Part shown: positions 26,081-34,629 of the stretch, piece by piece
Numbering within the stretch: position 1 is the first letter of the stretch
Layout of the letters: the number at the start of each line of letters is the position of its first letter
Assembly: GCA_017504625.1 (NCBI GenBank)
Contig: JAFVQU010000011.1
Location: 10,035-74,034 of the forward strand
Length of the DNA: 64,000 bases
Source: Clostridia bacterium
Lineage (GTDB): Bacteria; Bacillota; Clostridia; Oscillospirales; CAG-272
Reading direction: 5' to 3'
The notes under the pieces: model-generated
Told to the model about the DNA's origin: nothing
Databases searched by the model: none
The model's input: the letters and a program-made list of their open reading frames with translations, nothing else
Position numbers and translations under genes: made by a program

Positions 26081-26975
26081 AAAGATTAAGAAGCACCACC
26101 GAAGCCGTACCTATTGCATATCCTACGTACTGAAGTCTTGAAAGCCGTTCCTTGTAGACAAAGATAGCCAACAGGAAGCCAAGCACTATGCCTCCGCCTG
26201 AAATAGATGGGAAAAGGATAGAGGCATCGATCTTGCCCGGTGAGGAAAGCACCATAACGAGAAGATTGACTATACCGTTTGAAATACCCGCCAGCGCGGC
26301 GAGTCCTATGCAGGGAACCGTACCCACGCGGATATCCTCTTTGTTGATAAGGGCGCAAATTACAAGCACAATAAACGCGCCCGCAAGCGCAATTATCATA
26401 AATTCGTTTTTGTAAAGTGAGGTATTGCTCGCTTCGTCATAAAAAGCAACTGCCTGTATCTTTTGCACGACTGAGCACATACCGTTTCCGATAAATCCAA
26501 GAATAAGCGCAACCATCCATTTGACCGAAAACTTCTTTTCGTTGCTCCTGTCCCCTTTTTTTCTTTCAAGCACCGTTGAAATCAGGAGGAGAGATGCCGC
26601 AAGAAGTGCAAGACCTATTATTTTTGTAGTATTTAAAGGATCTCCAAGCACTATCATGCCGTAAAATGCGGGAATAATGAGCGAATATGAGGTTACAAGG
26701 AGAGTCAGTGCGAGGGGTCCCCACTTTATCGCAAGAAATACAGATATAAGAGCCGTTCCGTATGTGGCGGCGAAGGAAAGCGAGTAGGGAATGATCTCAG
26801 GCGTAAAATTGAGCTTAAATCCTGAGCTTGCAATGAAGAAAAGCATCGCGAAAAGAGCCACGATCGCTGAGAAAATAAAACCGTTGGACTTTTCAATTTT
26901 AAGATTATACTGCTTCTTTGCAATATCCTGTACGATAATGAAAATAACGATCAAAACAAGAAACAAATAATTCAT
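26079..26975 (-). CDS. DMT-superfamily (EamA-like) 10-TM transporter
   Basis: Two similar 5-TM halves; hydrophobic throughout. Confidence 0.55.
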   Translation of the reverse strand: MNYLFLVLIVIFIIVQDIAKKQYNLKIEKSNGFIFSAIVALFAMLFFIASSGFKLNFTPEIIPYSLSFAATYGTALISVFLAIKWGPLALTLLVTSYSLIIPAFYGMIVLGDPLNTTKIIGLALLAASLLLISTVLERKKGDRSNEKKFSVKWMVALILGFIGNGMCSVVQKIQAVAFYDEASNTSLYKNEFMIIALAGAFIVLVICALINKEDIRVGTVPCIGLAALAGISNGIVNLLVMVLSSPGKIDASILFPSISGGGIVLGFLLAIFVYKERLSRLQYVGYAIGTASVVLLNL

Positions 26976-27072
26976 TTTTGCCTCCGTCAGTAAAATAAAT
27001 ACAAGGGAGATTATACCACATAAGACGGAATAAGTTAACGAATATATTGATTTTTATAAGTATAATCTTAAT

Positions 27073-27936
27073 TTAACTTTTTCCTTTTATAATATGAGTT
27101 ATAACGTATATCAGAATATCCACCGCGGCGACGGTTGCGCCTACGGGAGTTTCAAGAATAATGGACAAAAGGACACCGAGAAGCGCGCCGATTGCCGCAA
27201 TTATCGGGGAGAGGAGAAGTGAGAGCTTAAAGCTCTTGCACAAGCGCATAGCCGACATAGCGGGGAATATGATGAGTGAGGAAATAAGCAGTGCGCCCGC
27301 AAGCTTCATTCCGATAACGATAACAGTGGCGGTTACGACTGCGATTGCTAAATTGTAAAGCCCCGTTTTCGTGCCCGTCGCCCTTGCGACTCTCTCATCA
27401 AGTGTCAGTGAGAAAAGCTTGTGTCTGAATATGACGGTGAGAACGATAAGTAGCGCCGTTATCGTGGCGATTATCACGATGTCGGTCGTATCAGACGCGA
27501 GAATTTCCTGTGAGCCGAAAAGCGCGGTGCATACGTCGCCGCCAAGGTTGGCTTCACCGCCGCCAACCTTCATTATAGTGTAGCCTACCGCAAGCGCACC
27601 CGCAGAAATGATAGCCACAGCCGCGTCGCCCATTATCTTCTTTCCCGAAAGTGTGAGAAGTATGACGGCCGCCAAAATCGTGACGGGGAGGGTGATCATT
27701 TCAAGATCAAGTATGCCAAGCGTTGCCGCGATCGCCGCCGCGCCAAACGCAACGTGAGAAAGTCCGTCACCAAGCAAGGAATAACGCTTCAGGACCAATA
27801 CGACACCCAGTAAAGCGGCTGAAACAGAAACCAGAACCGTTACTATAAGCGCGTTTCTGATAAATCCGTAGGATAAATACTCGCCAAGTCGCGATATAGC
27901 TTGCGCAAAATTCAAGGTTAAAATATTCAACGTCAT
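27073..27936 (-). CDS. metal (Zn/Mn) ABC transporter permease, ABC-3 family
   Basis: ZnuB/MntB-like sequence: ALLGVVLVLKRYSLLGDGLSHVAFGAAA and about 8 TM segments. Confidence 0.8.
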   Translation of the reverse strand: MTLNILTLNFAQAISRLGEYLSYGFIRNALIVTVLVSVSAALLGVVLVLKRYSLLGDGLSHVAFGAAAIAATLGILDLEMITLPVTILAAVILLTLSGKKIMGDAAVAIISAGALAVGYTIMKVGGGEANLGGDVCTALFGSQEILASDTTDIVIIATITALLIVLTVIFRHKLFSLTLDERVARATGTKTGLYNLAIAVVTATVIVIGMKLAGALLISSLIIFPAMSAMRLCKSFKLSLLLSPIIAAIGALLGVLLSIILETPVGATVAAVDILIYVITHIIKGKS

Positions 27937-28703
27937 TTTGCACCGCCCATATATCTGAATCCGCCCTCACCGAAGGGGATGTCGTCGCCGTTTTGCTTGT
28001 GGTCTGCATCAACGTATGCCTTTGCTTCGTCGAGCCTCAGATATTCGTCTACCGTACCGAAAAAGACTGAATCCTTGTTTATTCTAAGGATTTTAGTTCC
28101 GTTCTTGAGTGCGGCATCAATATCGTGAGTTACCGTCACAACCGTCATTTTGTGTCGGCGGTTGAGGTCGTGTATAAGTGAATATATATCGTACGTTGTT
28201 TTGGCGTCAAGGCTCGTTACGGGCTCGTCAAGGATAAGCATTTTTTCCGCGGCAGAGAGCGCTCTTGCAAGCGCGACTCTTTGACGCTGACCGCCCGAAA
28301 GATCGCGGTAGGGGTGACGAGCTATCGAGGTCACGCCAAGTCTTTCCATATTCTCAAAAGCTGTTTTTTTAGCGCTTTTATTAATAAAGAGACCGTTTTT
28401 AGCGCGGTTCAGACATCCCGACTCAACTACCTCGCACACAAGTGCGGGAAAATCCTTTGATACGGGATTTTGTTGCGTAAGAACACCTATCTCGCGCCTT
28501 TTGATGCCGCAAAGCTCGATCTTGCCAAGAGTCGGTCGCTTAAGGCCTAAAATGGCGTTGAGAAGAGTTGATTTTCCCGAGCCGTTTTCACCGATAATGC
28601 ACAGATAGTCGCCCTCGCATATATCAAACGAAAGGTTTTCGATTACATTTACACCGTCGTATGAAAGAGTGATACTATTTACCCTGATAAGTGTCTTTGA
28701 CAA
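27933..28703 (-). CDS. metal ABC transporter ATP-binding protein
   Basis: Walker A GENGSGKST, signature LSGGQRQR, Walker B MLILDEP. The TTG start is uncertain (see findings). Confidence 0.85.
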   Translation of the reverse strand: MSKTLIRVNSITLSYDGVNVIENLSFDICEGDYLCIIGENGSGKSTLLNAILGLKRPTLGKIELCGIKRREIGVLTQQNPVSKDFPALVCEVVESGCLNRAKNGLFINKSAKKTAFENMERLGVTSIARHPYRDLSGGQRQRVALARALSAAEKMLILDEPVTSLDAKTTYDIYSLIHDLNRRHKMTVVTVTHDIDAALKNGTKILRINKDSVFFGTVDEYLRLDEAKAYVDADHKQNGDDIPFGEGGFRYMGGAK

Positions 28704-28868
28704 AGAGTTATTATTGACGCGAGGCTCCTTCGTACCTTGCTTTTTGTCGTAATGCCTCCATGCCGATGCGGGAGGTATCTTCTTCTCGGTTATTCTTTTG
28801 TGTTTTGGCTTGTGAATTATGAATGACAGAAAGATCCCTCCTTTTTATAATAGTAGAGCATTAAAAGC

Positions 28869-28883
28869 CGTAATTATTATAAC
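28869..28883. promoter_or_regulatory. Zur-box-like operator (CGTAATTATTATAAC)
   Basis: 11 of 13 defined positions of CGTAATnATTACGA. Overlaps the -10 region of the minus-strand promoter of the metal ABC genes. Confidence 0.35.
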
Positions 28884-28904
28884 ACTTTGCCGGCAGTTTG
28901 TCAA
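28876..28904 (-). promoter_or_regulatory. SigA-type promoter of the metal ABC operon
   Basis: On the minus strand: TTGACA, 17-nt spacer, TATAAT. Confidence 0.65.
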
Positions 28905-28906
28905 TT

Positions 28907-28946
28907 GAAAAAGAAAACTCCGTTGCACTCATGCAGCGGAGTTTTT
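28907..28946 (-). terminator. intrinsic terminator ending the rnf-containing operon
   Basis: Minus strand: aaaactccgctgca-tgag-tgcaacggagtttt, then cttttt. Confidence 0.75.
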
Positions 28947-28948
28947 TA

Positions 28949-29449
28949 TTAAAATTTTAGTTTGTCGAGTTTTTTTACAAGAATGCCTGATACATAACCG
29001 ATAATCGCGCCCGCAATCGTTCCGCTGATGAGCAGCAAGGGCAGCTCTAAAGCAAGTCCGGCGGTCTGATACCAAATGCACACCGCAATTATCTGTCCGA
29101 TGTTATGCAGAACTCCGCCGACGACACTGACGGCAATACAGGAGAACAAGTTTGTCCTTTTCAACAAAATTATTCCCAGAAGGCTCAGCACCGCTCCTGC
29201 GAGGCTTAAAACCAAACCCGTTATATCGCGTGTAAATCCACAAAAAAACATCAGGAAAATGCGAAGTATACTTACAAGAACTGTTTCCTTCCAACCGATC
29301 TTGTAAAGCACGACCATCATTACGAGATTAGGAAATCCAACCTTAAAGCCGTTATTAGCGGCGAATATGGGGATTTGACTTTCCAAGTAGGAGAGAACCA
29401 TTGCAAGAGCAATACTGACACCTATAAAAGCAACCTTTTTTGTCTTCAT
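28949..29449 (-). CDS. Gx transporter family protein (Hpre_diP_synt_I / ECF-S-like membrane protein)
   Basis: 166 aa with 5-6 TM segments. LSYLESQIPIF..., GFPNLVMMVVLY, GGVLHNIGQI are typical of this family. Confidence 0.75.
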   Translation of the reverse strand: MKTKKVAFIGVSIALAMVLSYLESQIPIFAANNGFKVGFPNLVMMVVLYKIGWKETVLVSILRIFLMFFCGFTRDITGLVLSLAGAVLSLLGIILLKRTNLFSCIAVSVVGGVLHNIGQIIAVCIWYQTAGLALELPLLLISGTIAGAIIGYVSGILVKKLDKLKF

Positions 29450-29489
29450 TTGATTCTCTCCTTCCTTGAAATTTCATCGTTTATAATGA

Positions 29490-29873
29490 CTAACCAAGAA
29501 CTATATCAGGATTGTTTTCACCCATGTCATCACCATATACAGTAACGACAAGATTATTAGGTAAGCAAGCAATAGATTCATTGACTCTGCTTATTTTTGA
29601 GTGCTTGGTACAGCTTTGCGGATCGTTTTGAGGACAATTGGCTTCTATCATCCATGCCTTCCCGCCTTCGATCTTCAAGACGTTAGTTCCGCCATTCAGC
29701 GAATATTCTCCGTCTTTAGAAAGACTATATCGGGCAATTTCGTGTCGATTTTCGCCCTCACCGAGGGTTACGATAACGTAGGAGCCGTCCTGTTTGAAAA
29801 GCTCGACGAGAACAAATGACGAAACCGCTATCGCTAAAACAACGCCTATGAGAATAATATCTCTTATCTTCAT
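29490..29873 (-). CDS. NusG domain II-containing (DUF1312) membrane-anchored protein
   Basis: N-terminal TM helix, then ...NVLKIEGGKAWMIEANCPQNDPQSCTKHSKISRVNESIACLPNNLVVTV, the characteristic Cys-containing C-terminus. Confidence 0.75.
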   Translation of the reverse strand: MKIRDIILIGVVLAIAVSSFVLVELFKQDGSYVIVTLGEGENRHEIARYSLSKDGEYSLNGGTNVLKIEGGKAWMIEANCPQNDPQSCTKHSKISRVNESIACLPNNLVVTVYGDDMGENNPDIVLG

Positions 29874-30445
29874 TAAATGTTGAAGTTAAGCGCGAGAAGT
29901 GCAAGAACGATCATTCCCGCGGTGAGAAGTGAGATGGGAAGTCCGCGGAAGGAAGCGGGAACAGCGTCCTCATCAACCGAAACGTACTTGATCTTGGAGT
30001 AGAGAGTCATAGTAAGTGTAAAGCCGAGACCAACTGCGAACGCGGTCACGAGAGCCTTGCCAAGAGTGTCGATATGGGTGTTGTGGATACAAAGACCGAG
30101 AACGGCACCGTTTATTGCAAACTTAACGAAATGTGCGTGGCAGTAATTATCAAGAAGCTTCCTGCCGATAAGGTGCATAGCTTCAACAATTACGAGTATT
30201 ACCAATACGAATACTATGGTCTGGAGATACTCAAGCTCGTACTTTGCGAGAACGAACTTGTTGATGGGCCAGGTGATAAGCGTGGTAAGAAGCATTACAA
30301 CGGTAGTGCCCGCGCCAAGAGCAAGAGATCTCTTTACAGAACGCTCGTTTTCAAGAACAGCACCGGTACCGAGACACTCGATAAGTGCGTAGTTGTTAGA
30401 GAGAATACCTGCGAGAATTATTCCGAGAATTATCTTAAAATCCAT
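29873..30445 (-). CDS. rnfA: Rnf complex subunit A
   Basis: ILSNNYALIECLGTGAVLEN..., 6 TM segments, 190 aa. Confidence 0.9.
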   Translation of the reverse strand: MDFKIILGIILAGILSNNYALIECLGTGAVLENERSVKRSLALGAGTTVVMLLTTLITWPINKFVLAKYELEYLQTIVFVLVILVIVEAMHLIGRKLLDNYCHAHFVKFAINGAVLGLCIHNTHIDTLGKALVTAFAVGLGFTLTMTLYSKIKYVSVDEDAVPASFRGLPISLLTAGMIVLALLALNFNI

Positions 30446-30447
30446 TA

Positions 30448-31056
30448 TCAGTTATCCTCCTTTTCGTCATGATGATGAAGACCGGTTACCTTGTTGATAA
30501 CTGCAAGCACGATAGCAAGCACAAGGTATCCGCCGAATGCGCTTACAAGCCCCGAGATCTTGTAATCCTGAAGGAATGCGATTTCCTTGCCCCAGATAGT
30601 AGCGTTGCCGAGAACTTCTCTGATAAGCGAGCAAACTACCATAATTACGGTGAAGAACACGCCGGTAACGAGTGCAACCTCAATAGATTTGACTTCGCCA
30701 TTGTGATCTGCAACCTCTTCAGCGTCACGGTAAACTACCGCGCTTACCGCAAGAGCGGCAAGGTGAACGCCGAGCATGTCAACAACCTCGGGAACGAATG
30801 CCTGCATAAGCATTGAGATAAGAGTTACGAATCCCGTAATGATAAGAACGTATACGGGAAGCTTTGCATAGTTAGGAATGATCTTGTGGATAGCGGAAAC
30901 CACGATAGAGGAGAGGAGCATCGAAAGAAGCACCGCAACACCCATACCGATAGCCGCACGGATATCCTTACTCGACGCCATAACGAATCCTGCGCCGAGA
31001 ACGAGAAGAATTGAGGGCGTACCTCTGAGGAGATACGATGTTTTAGTCTTTTTCAT
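30448..31056 (-). CDS. rnfE: Rnf complex subunit E
   Basis: RnfE/NqrD-like 6-TM protein of 202 aa, adjacent to rnfA and rnfG. Confidence 0.88.
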   Translation of the reverse strand: MKKTKTSYLLRGTPSILLVLGAGFVMASSKDIRAAIGMGVAVLLSMLLSSIVVSAIHKIIPNYAKLPVYVLIITGFVTLISMLMQAFVPEVVDMLGVHLAALAVSAVVYRDAEEVADHNGEVKSIEVALVTGVFFTVIMVVCSLIREVLGNATIWGKEIAFLQDYKISGLVSAFGGYLVLAIVLAVINKVTGLHHHDEKEDN

Positions 31057-32297
31057 TACTGTTCTCCTCCCATGATAGAATTAAATGAGGCAAATGCATC
31101 TTCGACAGACTGCTTCATAGCATTAGAAGTCATAGTAGCGGTTGCGATAACTGCCTCTTCACCCGTAAAGGTATCAGAGGTGATTCCAACGAAGCCCGCC
31201 TTGTATTCAGCATCGTTCATACCGCCGAATGCCATGAAATATTCCTTTTCAAAGATGAATGCCTTAGCATCGACCTTTGCGATCGCGCCGGTTTCATCAA
31301 TGATGATATAAACGTCCATCTGATGGAAGCCGATGCTTCTTGAATAGAATGCATAGTAGGTTGCATCGCCAACCTTAAGGCTAACCGCGTCAACAACTGT
31401 GTTGAAGGTGTCAAGCTCAATAGAAGTGATCTCGGTCGCACCCTCCATCATTCTCTCAACCTTGGTGATGAATGCGTCGGTGTAGGACTTCTGATTAGCG
31501 GTTGCGTGAGCCTTTGCCTCGGTAACGAGTGCCTCGTGAGCATCAGTTACGTCATTTGCCTCTACGTCGTAGATCTTGCATACGCCGGTAGCGTTTACAA
31601 GTGCGAGGTAGGATGCGTCACCCTCGGTCATAATATAAGCAAAGCCTGTGTCGTTTTCAGCCTTAAGAGCCTTCTGGATGTTGCCGGAAGCGGTAGCGTC
31701 GGAAAGCTTGGTGTAACCGGGAGCAACGGTAGGAATAAGCTCCTCAAGTATCTGCGCGTCAGACTTAACGCCTGCGGCGATAAGATTATTAGAGATAAGC
31801 ACGCCCATAGCCTCGGTAACCGCATTCTTGAACGCGGTAGAGGAGAAGGTGCTTCCCGCATAAAGTCCAACGTCTGCAAGAGCGGAGTCCTTACCGATAT
31901 AGGTGGAGGGGTAATCCGCGCCGAAAATAAGAGATTCGGAGTGACCTGCAAGCTCAATGCCGCAGATTTTACCGGTTGCATCAACACCAATAACGATATC
32001 CATAGGAGTTGATCCGGTATACTGAGAGGTAGCCTGAGCCTCGATAACGTAACCAAGACCGTTTGTTTCCTTGTTGACCTTGACTACGCTTGCGGGAACG
32101 TCGCTGAGAGTTGCGGTGATATCCTCGTAAGCAGATCCGCCGGGCATTACTGCGTTAAGACGGTCGTTTGCCGCGCCTGCATTTTTAGCCGCGATAATAG
32201 GACCTGTGTAGAGGTTGAGAGCGAATGCCGCCGCACCGAATACTGCTGAAACGGCGAGGAGAATCGCAATAGTGATAACAAAATACTTAATTTTCAT
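31056..32297 (-). CDS. rnfG: Rnf complex subunit G, double-length with two FMN_bind-like domains
   Basis: N-terminal TM. First FMN-binding module ends LYAGSTFSSTAFKNAVTEA; the second ends VIATATMTSNAMKQSVEDA. 413 aa, against about 180-210 aa for typical RnfG. Confidence 0.8.
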   Translation of the reverse strand: MKIKYFVITIAILLAVSAVFGAAAFALNLYTGPIIAAKNAGAANDRLNAVMPGGSAYEDITATLSDVPASVVKVNKETNGLGYVIEAQATSQYTGSTPMDIVIGVDATGKICGIELAGHSESLIFGADYPSTYIGKDSALADVGLYAGSTFSSTAFKNAVTEAMGVLISNNLIAAGVKSDAQILEELIPTVAPGYTKLSDATASGNIQKALKAENDTGFAYIMTEGDASYLALVNATGVCKIYDVEANDVTDAHEALVTEAKAHATANQKSYTDAFITKVERMMEGATEITSIELDTFNTVVDAVSLKVGDATYYAFYSRSIGFHQMDVYIIIDETGAIAKVDAKAFIFEKEYFMAFGGMNDAEYKAGFVGITSDTFTGEEAVIATATMTSNAMKQSVEDAFASFNSIMGGEQ

Positions 32298-33238
32298 TAT
32301 TTAACACCTCCCAAGGTTTTCTTTTTCGTCCAATCGGAGATGAAGGGAGTGAGAAGGTTCATAGTAAGTATAGCTATCGAAACACCCTCGGGGTAGCCGC
32401 CAAACTGTCTGATCGCGAAGGTAAGAAGACCTGCGCCGATGCAGAACACAACGCGTCCCTTGCCCGTGATGGGAGTGGTAACGTAGTCGGTTGCCATGAA
32501 GATAGCGCCGAGAAGGAGACCGCCCGCAAGAACGTGCTGGAGAGCGAAGGTAGCGTTAAATCCGCCGAAGAGGAAGTAGCATACGAATACGGTAGCGGCA
32601 AAGGAAGTGGGAACGTACCACTTGATAACCTTGCGAGCTACGAGATAAGCAAAGCCGATGAGAAGCGCGATAGCGCAGGTCTCACCGATTGCGCCGGAGT
32701 GGTTACCGATAAAGAGGTCGAGAACCTTGATAGAAGCTGCAGCCTCTGCGCCCTGATTAAGAGTTACAAGGGGAGTTGCGGAAGCCTCGATCTCGGGCTT
32801 TATGGGGTTTGCGCCGCCCGCAACAGTGCTTGCGAAGGTAAGTAGCATGAACACACGAGCCGCAATAGCGGGATTTACGATGTTCTTACCGATACCGCCG
32901 AAGAAGCACTTTACGACAACGATTGCGAAAACGCTTCCGATAACACACTGCCAAAGGGGTATGTCAGCTCTCAGATTGAGAGCGAGAAGAAGACCGGTAA
33001 CAACTGCGGAGAAGTCACCAACAGTCTGCTTTTTATGAATGCAAAGATTAAAGAGGAACTCTGCAAGTACGGCACTTGCAACGCAGGTGAGGATCACCCA
33101 AAGAGCCTGAATACCGAAGATGATGATACCTGCAACTGCCGCAGGAAGCATTGCGATAACAACGTCAAGCATAACTTTGCTTGTCGATGCACCCTTCTGA
33201 TGAATATGAGGGGTAGAGGAGATGTGGAGCTTAGCCAT
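32297..33238 (-). CDS. rnfD: Rnf complex subunit D
   Basis: SSTPHIH....ASTSKVMLDVVIAMLPA and a polytopic NqrB/RnfD-like sequence. Confidence 0.9.
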   Translation of the reverse strand: MAKLHISSTPHIHQKGASTSKVMLDVVIAMLPAAVAGIIIFGIQALWVILTCVASAVLAEFLFNLCIHKKQTVGDFSAVVTGLLLALNLRADIPLWQCVIGSVFAIVVVKCFFGGIGKNIVNPAIAARVFMLLTFASTVAGGANPIKPEIEASATPLVTLNQGAEAAASIKVLDLFIGNHSGAIGETCAIALLIGFAYLVARKVIKWYVPTSFAATVFVCYFLFGGFNATFALQHVLAGGLLLGAIFMATDYVTTPITGKGRVVFCIGAGLLTFAIRQFGGYPEGVSIAILTMNLLTPFISDWTKKKTLGGVK

Positions 33239-34598
33239 TATTTGTTACCTCCTGTCTTTCTTTCTGTGCTGCCGCGTACTTCTTGAGGAATGCCTTTGCA
33301 TCCCAGTTCTTCTGGAGAAGAGGACGGTTAGCAGGACAAACGTAAGAGCAGCAAGCGCAGTCAACACACTGGCGAACGCCGGTATCGATAAGAGCCTTTG
33401 CTCTCTTATCCTCGTCCTTGATCTTCATGACACGGTCAACCTCAGCAACGCTAATGCCGACGGGGCACCTTTCTATACAGCGACCGCAGTTGATACAAGC
33501 GGAAGCCTCGGGAAGAACTGCGCTCTTCTCATCAAAGATAAGAACCGCGTTGGAAACCTTAACGATAGGATCGTCGATAGAGCAGATAGCAGTACCGTTC
33601 ATAGGACCGCCGACAACAACCTTGCCGGGCTCGCACTTAAGACCGGTTACCTTAACAAGCTCGCTGATGCGGGTACCGATAGGAGCGATAAGGTTCATGG
33701 GCTTGTCCACAGCGGGACCGTCAACGGTAACGATACGTTCAACAAGGGGCATACCGGTGTTGAGGTATTCTGCCATCTTTGCGATGGAAGAAACGTTGAT
33801 GATAAGCGCGCCGAAGGAGGGAAAACGTCTGCCTGCAACGGCAACTCTGCCGGTCGCGTTGTAGAGCATTACCTGCTTTGCACCCTGGGGATAGATAGCG
33901 TTAAGCTCGTGGATAACAACGTAATCCTTGCCCTCGAAGGTCTTTTTGAGAACCTCGATTGCATCGGGCTTGTTCTTCTCTATACAGATCATGAACTTAG
34001 CATCGCCAAGATACTCGTTCATGTACTTGCGGAGATACTCGATACCGTCTGCGATGAGATCGGGATGAAGGAGCATCATCTGGTGGTCGCTGGTGATATA
34101 GGGCTCACACTCTGCCGCGTTGATAAGCACGGTGTCGACCTTGTATTCGGGGTTCTTAGCCTCGTTGAACTTTGCCCAGGTGGGGAAAGCCGCGCCGCCA
34201 AGACCTACGATACCGCCGTCGCGAACTGCCTGAAGAAAGCTGTCGCAGTCGGTGAATTCGGGAGCCTTCATGTTGGGGTCTGCCTGCATAAGTCCGTCGC
34301 TCTCGATCTTGATTGCGAGCGTGCCCTTGCCGTCAGCGGTTTCCATGGGAGCGATCTCTGTGACCGTACCCGAAACGGTTGCGTGAACGGGGGAAGAGAA
34401 TCTGCCCTCCTCGCGAGCGATGAGCTGACCTACGTATACATGGTCGCCAACGGAAACGATAGGCTCCGCGTCGTGACCGGAATGCATATTCATAGGCAGA
34501 ATTACTTCTTTGGGTGTTTCAATTTTCACGGGAACACATCCGGCCGTGTGCTTATTGTGCGGCACGTGCAAGGACGAAATGTCTTTTTTGAAAATCAT
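33231..34598 (-). CDS. rnfC: Rnf complex subunit C
   Basis: GGAGG 7 nt before the ATG at 34598. GLGGAAFPT, two 4Fe-4S motifs CINCGRCIERCP and CVDCACCSYVCP. Confidence 0.92.
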   Translation of the reverse strand: MIFKKDISSLHVPHNKHTAGCVPVKIETPKEVILPMNMHSGHDAEPIVSVGDHVYVGQLIAREEGRFSSPVHATVSGTVTEIAPMETADGKGTLAIKIESDGLMQADPNMKAPEFTDCDSFLQAVRDGGIVGLGGAAFPTWAKFNEAKNPEYKVDTVLINAAECEPYITSDHQMMLLHPDLIADGIEYLRKYMNEYLGDAKFMICIEKNKPDAIEVLKKTFEGKDYVVIHELNAIYPQGAKQVMLYNATGRVAVAGRRFPSFGALIINVSSIAKMAEYLNTGMPLVERIVTVDGPAVDKPMNLIAPIGTRISELVKVTGLKCEPGKVVVGGPMNGTAICSIDDPIVKVSNAVLIFDEKSAVLPEASACINCGRCIERCPVGISVAEVDRVMKIKDEDKRAKALIDTGVRQCVDCACCSYVCPANRPLLQKNWDAKAFLKKYAAAQKERQEVTNNG

Positions 34599-34629
34599 TA
34601 GCACTCCTCCTAAATTTATTTATAATATT

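Noticed and set aside
28704-28846. A separate small ORF (ATG GAG GCA TTA ... TAA, 16 codons, minus strand) in the leader of the metal ABC ATPase gene.
   Set aside because: It has no convincing RBS at the right distance and is very short. The in-frame open extension of the ATPase gene is the more economical explanation and is reported as a finding instead.
33222-34601. 459-aa plus-strand ORF almost exactly coextensive with rnfC. Similar long antisense ORFs lie over the lipoprotein gene (35831-36820), ddh (41472-42476), deoD/deoB (57682-58797), the membrane-protein genes (18690-19733), pepM (22967-23689, 23686-24270), Lit (44766-45470), the 48202 lipoprotein (48220-48891) and the permease genes (49846-50508).
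   Set aside because: In every case the opposite strand encodes a protein with unmistakable family motifs (4Fe-4S clusters of RnfC, the Ddh Rossmann fold, Deo enzymes and so on). The antisense translations are motif-free and lack RBS or promoter signals. Codon bias of highly expressed genes (avoidance of codons whose complement is a stop) explains the open frames.
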